The position numbers were made by a program, and so were the translations under genes. Below are positions 8,220 to 20,000 of a stretch of 20,000 nt of DNA, piece after piece (within the stretch, counting starts at the first letter, position 1; every line of letters begins with the position of its first letter). The DNA is from Asterionella formosa (Eukaryota), in the NCBI GenBank assembly GCA_002256025.1, contig NKIB01012935.1, positions 47,644 through 67,643 of the forward strand. Reading direction: 5' to 3'. The notes beneath the pieces are model-generated. The model made no database searches. It saw only the letters and a list, made by a program, of their open reading frames with translations, and was not told where the DNA came from.

Positions 8220-11200
8220 ATTTTGATGTCAAGTCATGGCTTATTTAATCTCTCTCTTGTTGTTCACGAGAAGTATTGGACTCTTTATATTTTTTATTTG
8301 AACATCTATATTCATATTGGCTTTCTCTATATGTTATTTAAATAACAAATACAATGCAACTAAAAAAATTCAGTGTTCCCCTTCATTTATGAGTATTTTT
8401 TGCCAAATTTCTAAACACATGTCGGTTGCATTCACTGAAGTTCTGCAGTTTGGAACAATTAAACTACAAGTGTCAAGAAATACTGATAATACCAATTCAT
8501 CGATGACAAGTGCAGATGTCTACTTAATTGCATGACCTCTTATGGAAAGAAAATGGCTTCTAGATTGGTTCAACTAGCTTCGAAGGGGTATCTCATCAGG
8601 AACCCTTATAGACATTTGCAATAATATTGATGCACTTAGAGTAGCAATAAGGCACTTAATAAATGAAATTGTATCTGATATTGGTGCACTTATGCACTTG
8701 ACCTGCTGCTTATTATTTCAGGTGACATGAACTCGGATTAATCCTGACTCTGGCCTTACACTTAATACTGTACTTGTAGTTTGCCTAGTTTAGTGACTGG
8801 GAGAGCAACTTGCTCGACAAGTTCAAATTGGCTTGAGGTAACATTTTATCCAATTGGTTAACAATCACAATTTCATTCCTCATGTATTTTTCACCATACA
8901 TGTTTGGTTTGTTTGTGTTTATACAACAGGTATCTCTGGCAAGCTGCATCACATGGAACAATGCTTCAACATGGAAAGAAGTTGATGAGGTGTAACGCAC
9001 ACAAGCAAAGTCATTGATGAGTGAGCCTTTTGATCCGCCCAGGTTAGCAAGTTCAGTTCTTCCATCACATGAGAAAAGGTTTTTGGCAATTACTAGTTAC
9101 CAGTATTTTTCGATACATGTAAATATCACTTGCTTTTTGTCCTGGCACTATCAACTCTATATCTCAATCATGTCACTTGGCATCAATTAACAACATATGC
9201 CATGGAATGTACGGATAGATGGGAAATTGATCAAGGAAGGAATGGAACAAAATTCATCATGGACAAACTTGTACTCACAATGGTTAGCCAACTGTTTTTT
9301 CATGTACTAAGCTTTTAACCTCAATCACTTGATTGCATTTTTCAATAAAAATCTTATGTCCACTGCTGGTGTACGCACATATTATAAAAGATCTACAATA
9401 TTCAGCTAGTCGAAAATTTTGTAGTAGAGCTCATTGTAAAAAATTGACTGCGTTCATTTCCTCTTGTCTTATTTCTTCAAAGTCACACTTGTAGCATTAA
9501 AATTTGGACCGGTCGAAATGTTTAGCAAGATCATGCCAGAGTTTTCTGGACTGATTGTATGGTGCTCTCGAACAATGAAATAATCCAAGCCGCACCAGGA
9601 GTTTGACAACCAGGGTCCAAGAACAACCTATAACATTGGCTGTGAAGAAGTAAGTTTGTAACATGGAAGCAACCCACCAGCCAACCCCCTGCTGGCTTGT
9701 CAGCTACTAGATTAAATATCATGTGTCTAAATGTTATGACTTTTCAACTCACACATTGTTATTGGCGACAGAAAATGGGGTGATAATGTAGGTCTGGAAT
9801 GGATTTTTTTCAGGGAAGAAAACTGCTCTATTTTTGTTGTCCGATGATTTGAGGTATGAGTAAAGTAAATTAATAACTTACCCTGAACTTCTACATTCAT
9901 TTGACATCTCCTCAGACCTTTTGAGAGCAGGAGCATTCTGATGAAATCAGGAGCGAGTCTTGTTGCTGTCTGAAACTGTGCTAGCTACTGCCAACTAACA
10001 AGGCTCTGTGAATCATGAATGGCAAGTGTGCTTATCATGCTGGCTGCTGTTGTATTTCTACTCAATTTTTACTAACACTTCGTTACTATGCGAAACTTCA
10101 CAGATCTTCACATGAGCTAGCTACCTTGACTCCAATAATGGGGTCCGCGAAACAGTTGAATGGTGAGTGTGTGTCGTCTTGCTGCTGTTGTAATTATGTA
10201 AATCAATTTACTGACTTACTGTTGCTATTCAAAACTTCGCAAGTTCATGAAAGCAATAGCAACTTTGAGGGAAAGAGAGTGTGGTGCATTCCTGTGGCGA
10301 TCCCCAGTCACAATGCCAATTCAAGGATGGCCATCATGCCATTCTGAATGAATAGCCTTTCTTGCATTTGATAGAACTTTTTGTGTCAATCAAAATGCCA
10401 TTTCAAGGGTGACCATGGCGTTCTGAATGAACAGCTTTTCTTGCATTGATAAAATTCTATAAAAATTTGTTGAATGACCTTCAGATAAATAGTTGAACAA
10501 AACTCTGATAAATAGTTAATCCACATGCAGATAGTTTGTAAGTTGAAGTAAAAACTTCTGTTTTTCAACTTCTTGATATTGTCCTTGTGCTTTGAATGTA
10601 TGCATTGTATACATAAAGGTTCGGAACCTTTTTCTCAGAAAATCATTCTTTAAAATTAGATTTTAATAAAATAGAAATTAATGGGCAAGCGCGAAGCCAT
10701 TAGAAAATTTTAAATGTTGAGTTACATCACTGTAGGAGACGAATTTGAGCGCCTGTCATCGCCAAATTTCATTTTCGGCGAATTGAACGCAACTTGCAGG
10801 TAACAGATTTGCTGGAACGGACAACGTGACACAGGACAGGCGATCAAAAGACCAAATAGAGAATGTCATCAACTCACTTTTCGAATCAACAGTATCACGA
10901 CTTGTTAGTGATGTAAATAATGATTCCGTCTAAACAAGAAAATCTCAAAACGAGGCAAAAAAATGACCATGGCTGGTGCAATAGAGGGGAGGTCCGAAGC
11001 AAAAGTAAACATAAGTCAGCAAAAGTTATCAAAAGTAAGCAAATCTTGCTTACGTTGCTATATTCTCCAAATTCAAAAGCGTTCTCCTTTTCCGGCCGAA
11101 GTGATGAAAACAACCTATCTTAATCAACGGTTTTCAGAGTCATTGGGATTGGAAATTCGTAACTGCCAGCATCATCATAGCAACGAGCCGATATAACTAT

Positions 11201-12280
11201 TATAAACTGCCGGTATGTATTTAAAGTACGTAGGCATATTATGTATGCATGCATACTATACACTACCGGTATATCGACTGTCAACTATAATGAAGATAAT
11301 ACTGAAGTATACCGGTCCTGATGTTCTGTGTATGTGGGGAATAGACCATTGTATATATTAGAGTACTTCATATGGAGTCACCACGAGTACATATACTTTG
11401 TACTATATTACAGTAAATAGACGACATAGTCTATTACTGGTAGGTATGTCTATGTATAATATACATATAACCGAAATGAAGTGAAAACAATCAATATGTA
11501 ACTACATATATTGAAAAATAGTGAAACAAAAATGTAACTACAGTAGTATGAAATCATGCATCTGTATAATAATAATCTAAATATATTCTAGCTGTGTATG
11601 ACCATTAGTGTGATGATCAGCAGATATCACTTGATTGGCAATCTAATCTGTGGCACTGTTCTATCTGGAATATATACCTCATACATTTTGTCAATTTGCA
11701 ATGTGGCAGTGAAAAAAATGCAGCTCAAAGTAGGTTAGTCATCATATCCCACACAACGCTTTGCCAAGCAACAATACTCCACCTTTCTTCCTCTATCCTG
11801 TACAACCCTTGTAACATTTTTAGCCACCTAACAAACCTAGTTCCAACTTTGAACAAATAGTTTATGGTGTAACAGAAAGACTACAATACTGACAGAATTG
11901 CTTCCTCGTCCCTCCTACCTCTTTGATGCACATCCTGCATCATTTCTGTTGGTTCATCAACTTGTTAATTGTTGAAAACTTCTTTCTGGACTCTCAATCA
12001 TCATTCTGCATACTTGTCACTCGTGCTACCGCCAATAATACTAGTAGTCAGAAGTCAAAACTCCATCAAGATGAGAGTCGATTGGCTGATGTCATCCACC
12101 ATACTTTCAAAACTAGGCGACATTGCATCTCGATCTGCTGGGAGTACAACCCAAGTATATAGTTCCAAAAACAAACTGGCAGCTCAGACTTCTCTCTTTC
12201 ACCTGGTGTTGGTGTCCCATCACTCACATCTTCCTCTCCTTACCTGCAGGTAAGAAGTAGTCTACTGCTCCTGCATACCG

Positions 12281-12370
12281 AGTACCAGGTACCTGGTACC
12301 AATGGTACATGAGTGAGGATGCGGTTTAATTTTTGTGTACAACCGGTACCAATTGGTTCCTGGTACCAGT
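12281..12370. repeat. Cluster of GGTACC(A/T)G palindromic repeats
   Basis: agtaccaggtacctggtaccaatggtac...ccggtaccaattggttcctggtaccagt. Confidence 0.75.
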
Positions 12371-13658
12371 ACACTCTATAAACTCTAAAAGCTAATATGT
12401 ACTCGTTCAGTGTATATTCCTATGATGATCGTGCGTACAGTTATGGTTTAATTTTTCGATACCTACATACTGTTGCAACACGGTTCTTCCACTTGTATTT
12501 TCAGATCAATACCGGCCGTGCCAGTATTAAAATGACCAAGTAGACACATATCAGAGGCCAACAGGAAAATACAACTTGGGTTTAATTTTACCAATTACAG
12601 TACTGTATCTGACCTATGGTACAGTATGTACCACGCTAGATATACTAGGTATATAATTAGAGGATGGTATAAGTCCTATATAACGTTGACCTTATAGGCT
12701 CTTCTATACAGACCATATACTTGTTTCCTCTCACGCCACTGTAGAGATTTACACAATACACACTGTGTATCCGAAGTAACTTTGACGCAATTACCGTCTT
12801 GTCCATTTCGTCTTTCTCCATATTTAGTCTGTGTTGTAGTTTCGTAGATACATCGCTGGAATATATGAAAGCGATCCATTGAATAATAGAATAACGAGCC
12901 AGGAATACTAGTAAGTAGAAGTAGCATAAATGGTTTTTTTGAATTCGGTGCTAAGTAAACGTGTCCCATTCCCGAATCCGGGTTTGAGGTCCGGATCCAA
13001 TCTCCGGGTTCTGTGACAGCCGAGTTGCGCTTTGCCGAGGGAGGGACGTAGGGTGGGTGATTTAGACTATAAATTGCGAAAGGCTTGGCGATGCTTTAGA
13101 CTGCTTCTCTGAATCGTTATTCAAAGAATTGTGTGCTTCACCCCTGTACTACTACTTTCTTGTTTAACCTCACGTGGTTGCTGTCTTCTTCCCTTGTTGT
13201 CTTAGCTACCGATTCTTGGTTGCTCGATTCACCGCTATATTAATTTCTCAGCTTCGACTCCTTCGATTCACATCGCGTGGTTTTTCTAGTGCGTCCGGTC
13301 CTCGTCTGGTATAACTCCATCACGTCTGTCCTTGTCCGTAATATAAATTATGAATACCACGTCAACCATAAGTGAAAGGTGTACACTTTACATTACGCAC
13401 AAGACTACCTGGTACCATGGAACCCATACGTAGTTCATCGACATGTACACGAGAGTGATCATGATTAGTACGTGATGCTATACACACGGTTACTAGTACT
13501 ATGAACATATTGCATAATGTACCCGCAGCTATATCTTACGTCATATCTATTGGTAAAGATGTATCTCTAGAATAGACATACCAATGCTAGGCTAAATAAA
13601 TCCTGACACTGTACCGGTAGGGCAGTATCGAATGGCGACTAGGAGTACATGCATATAC

Positions 13659-13722
13659 GGTACCTGGTACCTGGTACCAGTTACCAGTATAATGAAGACA
13701 AAAGTATTCCGGTACCAGGGTA
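13659..13722. repeat. Cluster of GGTACC(A/T)G palindromic repeats
   Basis: ggtacctggtacctggtaccag...ccggtaccagggtac. Confidence 0.75.
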
Positions 13723-13789
13723 CTTACTGGTAAGCAAACAATTTTGAAATCTCATCACCATCACACTTCCATCATTCCCATCTCACAAT

Positions 13790-14783
13790 GACAATACAAA
13801 CATCTTCATCAATGCCTTTGCGAAGGCAGTCTTCGCCCCCGCCTTCAACGCTTAGACTGGAATGTTCAACTTTGCTTAAGAAGAAATCATACATGCTGGT
13901 GGATGCTTAATCAATTGATTTTTAACGGGTGCCTCCTGCTGTCCATCGATGCAATGCGGCCGAACATGCCATCCACACTTTTCAGAATCATATTATTGCC
14001 AGGCTCTGCATTGTTGACAAGGATTTCCTCTGCACCTCTGGGATCAACTTTTGGACCCGGCAGAGATCTCACTTAATCTACTTCTTAGTGGTGGGTCGCA
14101 TATCAGCAGCCCAAAATTATCTGCATGCGACCAGGTCAATGGGATTTACGATTACAAGCATAGCCCCTTGGCACCCCCTTTTTGAAGGGTTCTTGTGCAT
14201 TTATGCTAGACCACCAAAACGCAGCACTACATGGTCACCACACACCCTTGGTGGCTGGTATGTAGCTAGGCCCTGCCACCGATTGTTCCTATTGTTGCTA
14301 TCGCATATGGATGTGGGAAACCCGGTCTACTTGCATCTGCAATACAATTTACTGGTATCTGTCCAAAGTGGTTTTACCACATAACTCATCCACCGACATC
14401 ATTGTGACAAGCTTGCAGGATATTGCACATGCCTTAGCACACCCCAGTCCGCGCTCTCCTGTGGCTCCCCTCCCCACAACACATAAAACCGCTATTCGAC
14501 AGCTCATCAACCTGTTGTCTCAGTCCCTCCCTGATGCAGCACCCCTACCACTACTGCTCCTGTCCCATCACTGAGGGTGGCCATTTCCCCAGAGGCACCA
14601 CCAACTCCCTTCCATATCATCCCAAATGACATCAAGCCAACCCTCCCCTGGCGATTCCCTATTTTCATCAATGAGGGTGCCCACTCAAGCACCTCTCTCG
14701 ATTGACAATCCCCATACTATGGCAGATCTGGTCCATACTCCCTCAAAGCCTGTTACCTCTATTTCCTGGGGGGGGGGCGGGGG
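13790..14783 (+). mobile_element. Degraded Ty1/copia (CoDi-like) retrotransposon relic: integrase C-terminal half and downstream Pro-rich linker
   Basis: VPPAVHRCNAAEHAIHTFQNHIIARLCIVDKDF, (F)PLHLWDQLL..AEISLNLL, TTWSPHTLGGWYV and CYRIWMWETRSTCICNTIYW...SSTDIIVTSLQDIAHAL match the pattern I recall for diatom copia pol (PPxxHRxNAAERAIxTFKNH, WxPHxxxGWYxGP). Frameshifted, and ends at a G-run and assembly gap. Confidence 0.85.
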
Positions 14784-14832
14784 NNNNNNNNNNNNNNNNN
14801 NNNNNNNNNNNNNNNNNNNNNNNNNNNNNNNN
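14784..14832. other. Assembly gap (49 N) preceded by a G homopolymer tract
   Basis: Run of N in the sequence. Confidence 0.99.
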
Positions 14833-15479
14833 TTCCGATCCCCAACAAAACAATTCTCCTTGGAAGCCAATCTCATGACCGCAACTTTCTGGTAATGTAG
14901 CACCATCAGGTTTAATAAAGGTACCAACTAAAAATTGAGAATCATACAAACTTTCAGTTCTGTAATGATAGTCATACCAAAACTGGGTAATAACATGGTT
15001 TGAGACGAATATTTGTAATATGCATTATAAATCTGTATTAGACAAAGTCCTTCCTTTGCATATAAGGAACAGCATTGTTTGTACTTGAAAACTGTAATCT
15101 TGTACCAGTTATTTCGTCATAGTAGCACAAAAGTGGCTGTCGACGTTTTTTGGTAAAAATCGCCGCTTCATCCTCATCCTCTCTGACTTTTGCTTCCATT
15201 TCCACAATGTCAACCTAGCGACTTTAAATTCCCTAGGAATCTTGCCCCGCCATCACCACCAATTCTGTTTCCTCACGAGTAGCACCAGCAACCACCCCAG
15301 CAATTGATTTGTTTTATTTTCTTCAAACACACCAGCAGGAGGAGGAGGTTGGTGGTGAGATATCATTTGATAGCAGCAGGATCTAAATGAGCTGACAAGC
15401 ACAGAGCAGAATGACAGACACACAATGTTGAACATACCTGTGAGAATTTTGGTGAGGGCAAGGAGATGAGAACAGCAGA

Positions 15480-17520
15480 TGCAGAAGGCAGTGATAGTCA
15501 ACAAACAACAAGCACAATAACTGGAGGAAGACAAAAGCGTGCCTGCAGCTGCTGTATGGGAGCGATGTTGGGAACGAGCGACATAAAATTGCCATTAGGG
15601 AAATATGTGATTTGTTTGCTGTTGCTCAACAAATTCAAAAATGCCAACAGGTGAGTAAAAATGAAACACTTGCAATGATCATAGCAGAAGCGAAGGAAAG
15701 AAGGAATGGGCTACCAGAAGAAACTTTCATGAATAGAATCACAATTGTCAACAGAGTGGTCTCACAAAAAATGGGGCACCAACATGGGCGGAAGGGGAAG
15801 CCCAATTGCGCTGAATCATGCGAAATCCTCTATCTGTTAGTGATGGTCTTCGACTTGCCAAATCCCCCTAATATCTGGAACCAAAATAGGAGACAGCATC
15901 AATTCATGGCCGGAGACAAACTCATTCTTGTTCTGCATTTTTGGAATGGTTTACTGGAGAGGGTTCATGAAAAGGAACAAAGAAATAGCGACCGCCAAAC
16001 GATGTGTTAGTTTTGAAAACAAGCAAGCCGATTGGTGCACTTACAATAATTTTGAAGAAATGTATGAGCAAGTGTACAAGATGGTTGCGGGAGGGTTTGC
16101 TGTTGAATTCGCAAATAAGGAATGGTTTAATAAAGAAGGAGCAGTTGTGGTCCTTGAGGAAAAGGATGCATGGGGACTCCAGACAAAGTATAATTTGATT
16201 CATCCTGACCGGCTGCTTTTTGTTGATGAGGTGGGATCAAACACATCTCAAAGTGAAGATGGTAATGTGGCGGGAGAGTTATTTCTCTGTGGAAAGGGTG
16301 AGCGACCACAGCAAAGATCGGCACATAGCTAAAGATGCACACCACTTTAACGTTCTTGGGTTTACAGCTGCAAATGGGAATCCAATTATGTGTGCTATCA
16401 TTTTTGCTGCTAAGACTCTTGAAGATGAATGGGGACTTGGTCTTGATCCATTTGCAGAGTGGGTGCAAAAGGTACCCACAAGGACCAGTGTGCACAGTTT
16501 GTTATGGAGTCAACTCTGTGAGCTACTTGTTGGAATGCTTGCTCACAAGGACAAAGCCGGAATTATTGCACAGGACACTGCCCCACCACCATTCTTAATT
16601 CTTGATGGTCATGGAAGCCGTTTTGACTTGCTCTTTCTTGAATACATCAATGATCCTGAGCACAATTGGAATGTCTGCATTGGTTGTGCTCTGTACAGGA
16701 CTTCCTACTGGCAAGTCGGTGACTCCACTGCACAAAACAGTTGCTACAAGATGGCCACCACAAAAGCAAAACGGGAACCATTCACCAAGAAAGAGGAAAA
16801 TCGTCAGGAATTCTCACTCAATAAAGTTGACATTGTCGGAATAGTAAGCACTGCATGGGATGAATCATTTTCTCAAGTTACCTCCAACAAGACACCAATT
16901 GCAATTGCCAACTGAGGATGGGGCCCACTCAACTATGATGTCCTCAATCACTTTGAAATCCAACTTACAAAGACAGCACTGCAAAATGGCTCCCAAAACA
17001 ATAACATTGCAAATTCTACTTCGCCCCAAGAGTTTTATTTCTGTCAGATGGCTGGATATGCTGGCACCACTCTAGTTGACCAGCATGTTGTTGAATACAG
17101 AAATCGTGAAGATACTCGAAATGGAATCGACCTTGATGCCCAAGCCCATCTCGATTCCCACAAGAAAAGATTCTCTGCCGGCCTAGTATTGGCGTCTGCT
17201 GGCACTCATTCTCTTGGACCAAATGTGCTTGCATCTGCAATGGTGCGAAAGAGAAATGCAGAGGAGCTAGTGACTGAGCGTCAAAATAAAAGGCAACATG
17301 AAATTATGAAGTTTCGGAACCAATTTATGGCTCTCTGCGCTGCCAACAAGCCTGAGCATATACTGTACTAAGTTCCTGAAATTAAGATTCTTGTGCGATG
17401 GTTTCGACGCAATGGAGATTTGCCAGCACCTTAAACATGAAAAGCAAGCTCTATTTACCCGCTTCTGAGAGAGCTCGTCACACAGAGGAGACAAGCAGCC
17501 CGCGCCAGCACAAGAGATGA
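15480..17520 (+). pseudogene. Pogo-like DDE_1 transposase pseudogene, copy 1
   Basis: All three catalytic-Asp motifs are recognisable: LLFVDEVGSNT, PFLILDGHGSRF and TSYWQVGD. Also FNVLGFTAANGNPIMCAIIF and an N-terminal GGRQK/helical region with YWRGFMKRN. Broken by frameshifts and stops. Confidence 0.82.
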
Positions 17521-17569
17521 CAACTGTGGTTGCTGCAAGTCCCATCCCCCCTATCCCCCCCCCCTCGGG

Positions 17570-19100
17570 ACAAATATTTATGGCATTTTGCCCTATGGGG
17601 CAGCAAAGGAAATCGTCGAAAAAAGACAGGTGATTCTCCCTTGGTTAACAAACGAAAAAGTTTACTATATGATTCGCAAGTTGAACAGCAAAGATGCCAT
17701 TGTCCCATACAACAAAGGCAGCTGTGAGGGAAGTTCTACCCAAGATAACTCAAATTGTTTTCCTTCGGCACTATCTACCCTAACACCAGCAAGTACAGAT
17801 GTGGTGAACAACATGGAAGACATGTGTGCTGCTGATCATGCTATGATTGCTATTTTGAATGGAGATAAATACATCGCTAATAGTATAGTTACTACAAGGA
17901 CAGCAGTTGTAACTACTGAAGCTTCTAGCTCTACTTTTGGGGGTGGAAGGCCTTTTGGACGCAACCAAAGTAGCCTCAATTTCAATGTCAACAAAAATCA
18001 AGCATTTTTCCCAGTTGTCCGTCGACGAGGAGTACAAAAGTGTGAGAAAAGAGAGTAAACAGAAAATGAAAGCAAGACTAAAGAAGGGCACACTCACCTG
18101 TATAGTTTTGAGGCAAAAGGAGGCGCTTGGTATTCCTCATGAGACGAAAATAAATTTAGAAAAAATGAAAAGCAGATCAAAGCGCAACATCATGAATAGC
18201 TCTCACAGGAGGAGAATTTAACAGAATGACAGATGGCTCATGTTTCGACTTGAATTTATTGGAAGATATAAACAATCCTGCTAACCCATGGAGTTTATGT
18301 ATTCTTGGCATGCCTTATGGCACCTCATATTGGCAAGTTGGCGATTCCAGTCAGCAGAATGGAAGTTTCAAGCTGAACATTGGTAAAGCAAAGACACTTT
18401 TACTTACAAAGAAGTCGCAGGCAAACCTCCCATATGCAATTGAAAAATACGATATTATCAGCATTGTAAATTCGGCTTGGCGATTCTGCTCCTTTGCCAA
18501 AATCGGATCAAATCGGCACGCAATATCTGAACCATGTTGGGGACCACTCAACTACAATTACTTGCTGGAGGCATAAATACAGCTGACATCTTGTGGGGAC
18601 AAACATCCGATTGGCAACACAAATATGCACCCTCATGATTTGAACCTTTCTACCGGAATTTCTGGGATGCTGACAGATTCAATTGTTGAACATCGAAATC
18701 GCAAGAGTGCAAGGAATGGAGTTAATGCGACAGAGCAGATACGAAAGTGAAATGCAACAGCACAAACAGCCATCGACAATCACAAGAAACTTTCCTCAGG
18801 GTTGCTTTTTGCAAGCGGCACCTGCAGATTTGGTCCTGAAATGCTTGACAAGGCGATTGAATCAAAACAGATTACAACACATGCCCAAACTGCCAAGGAG
18901 TTAGCTGCCCAGCAACGATGTGATGCCCTTCTGCATCACGTAGGGACTGTGAGAGCAAGCCCAAAGGAAAAATGCCTTCAATATTTCTGAGTTGAGAAAC
19001 CTTGTGTTGTGGTATAAATGTGATGGTGATGCCGCCATTCCAAACAAACAACAGGAGCTTCTTGAAAGGTAATATGTTGCAACTTGTAGTATGAGACAAG
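17570..19100 (+). pseudogene. Pogo-like DDE_1 transposase pseudogene, copy 2 (divergent, internally deleted)
   Basis: The N-terminal region (PYGAAKEIV...PWL, GGRP, RLKKGTL..I) is joined at ~18225 directly to DGSCFDLNLLEDINNPANPWSLCILGMPYGTSYWQVGDSSQQNGSFK..., which is homologous to copy 1 (SRFDLLFLEYINDPEHNWNVCIG..YRTSYWQVGDSTAQNSCYK). It shares the WGPLNY motif and the C-terminal region. Confidence 0.8.
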
Positions 19101-19279
19101 AAGAATTGGCCAGGCCCTTCCCTTTGACATTGGTGGTGCAGGTGGAAAGAGAGGAGGGGGTGCAGGGCTGTGAAGCAGTGTTCAGCAACAAATTCTCATC
19201 GCAGGAACTATGTTATATTTTTGTGTGTGATTTCATAATTATTATAATGAAACATGCGTTGTAATCCGTCTTTTTAGGT

Positions 19280-19390
19280 GGTACCAGTAACTGGCACCCT
19301 CGTACTTGAGTACCGGAACCAGAGTACCAGGTACTGGAATCGAATTGTTTCGTTGTCGTACCAGGTACCGGTACCTGGTACCAGGACCAG
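19280..19390. repeat. Cluster of GGTACC(A/T)G palindromic repeats (another cluster at ~19530-19607)
   Basis: gtaccaggtaccggtacctggtaccaggaccag and related units. Confidence 0.8.
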
Positions 19391-19486
19391 TTACTACGAA
19401 CGTACCCGAAAATAAATCAACTCTCAGCGCAACCTTTTTTGGTCATACATGTTGTCGTGGTTTTATACTGCACTGGTAGTTTACTA

Positions 19487-19737
19487 TAGCACCTTCGACA
19501 AAGCTCGCGATATGTACCTGTATCGACTGGGTACTTGGTACCCTGGTAGTCTGGTGGTACCTGGTACACATAGAGTCGTAGGTATTTAGTGCAGTGGTAC
19601 CAGTACCATAGTTAAGTAGACTACCGGTAGCACTTTCGACAAAACTCGAGATGTATGATACTACTTGTATAGGCTGGCTATAATATCTAGCCGTAGCTAT
19701 GTAGTGCACTGGTAACTAGCACCTTTGACAAATCTCG
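19487..19737 (+). repeat. Three degenerate direct repeats with core TAGCACYTTYGACAAADCTCG
   Basis: Copies at 19487-19507, 19628-19648 and 19717-19737. Copies 1 and 3 are preceded by tgcactggta. Confidence 0.75.
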
Positions 19738-20000
19738 TTGTATATACTGCCTTATATAGAGTGGGTAATACCATCACCTCTAATAGTTTTGTCATGGAAT
19801 GAAATCCCTTGTTGTCGTACCTCCCCAGTTTTCTTGTAATATGCATATTAACATGCAAACCATGGAACTACTAGTAGATAAAATAGTTAATAACAATTGA
19901 GGTACTAGTAGTAAACAAGCAATGTAAATACTAAAGAGATTGCAAATTTTAAAATTTAAATATAATTATCTAAACACGCAGTAGTGAATGCCCACCAGTG

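Larger units (their letters stand above)
14924..19281 (+). mobile_element. Composite pogo-like (Tc1/mariner superfamily, DDE_1) DNA transposon region with candidate short TIRs and TA target-site duplication
   Basis: The left end is TA|CCAACTAAAAA (14922-14934). The right end is TTTTTAGGTGG|TA (19271-19283), whose reverse complement is TA|CCACCTAAAAA. Two transposase relics lie between them. Confidence 0.55.

Noticed and set aside
8300..10700. Short ORFs and possibly coding-derived, CpG-poor sequence
   Set aside because: I found no recognisable motif in the frames I translated. It is possibly an old TE or pseudogene relic but cannot be supported without a tBLASTx/HMM search.
11700..12255. Possible decayed coding or TE fragment
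   Set aside because: Multiple stops in the frames examined and no diagnostic motif.
14626..14949. ORFs spanning the N gap
   Set aside because: They are open only because of the Ns, and contiguity across the gap is unverified.
19487..19737. CRISPR-like repeat-spacer array
   Set aside because: Only three degenerate repeats, unequal long spacers, no cas genes, and a eukaryotic context.

Overview
Eukaryotic DNA with short GT-AG introns, most likely from a diatom (inferred from gene content and the CoDi-type copia relic). It is not prokaryotic. There are three host genes. The first is the 3' part of a WD40-repeat gene (+, open from the window edge to 781). The other two are spliced, divergently oriented, apparently paralogous type-I membrane protein genes that the ORF track fragments: gene A (-, 2035..1054, 4 exons, 238 aa) and gene B (+, 7348..8219, 3 exons, 229 aa). 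Both have a signal peptide, an RXL motif, a Ser-rich low-complexity luminal region, one TM helix, a basic stop-transfer sequence and a shared cytosolic motif H-x-L-x-G-[AS]-L-x-K-R-[IL]. This architecture matches diatom silicalemma-associated proteins (SAP-like biosilica membrane proteins). The rest is a graveyard of degraded transposons: a non-LTR retroelement fragment, a Ty3/gypsy RNaseH-integrase relic, a CoDi-like Ty1/copia relic running into a 49-N gap, and two tandem pogo/DDE_1 transposase relics bounded by a candidate TIR pair with TA target sites. Clusters of a self-complementary GGTACC(A/T)G repeat are dispersed through the window. No rRNA, tRNA or CRISPR array was seen.
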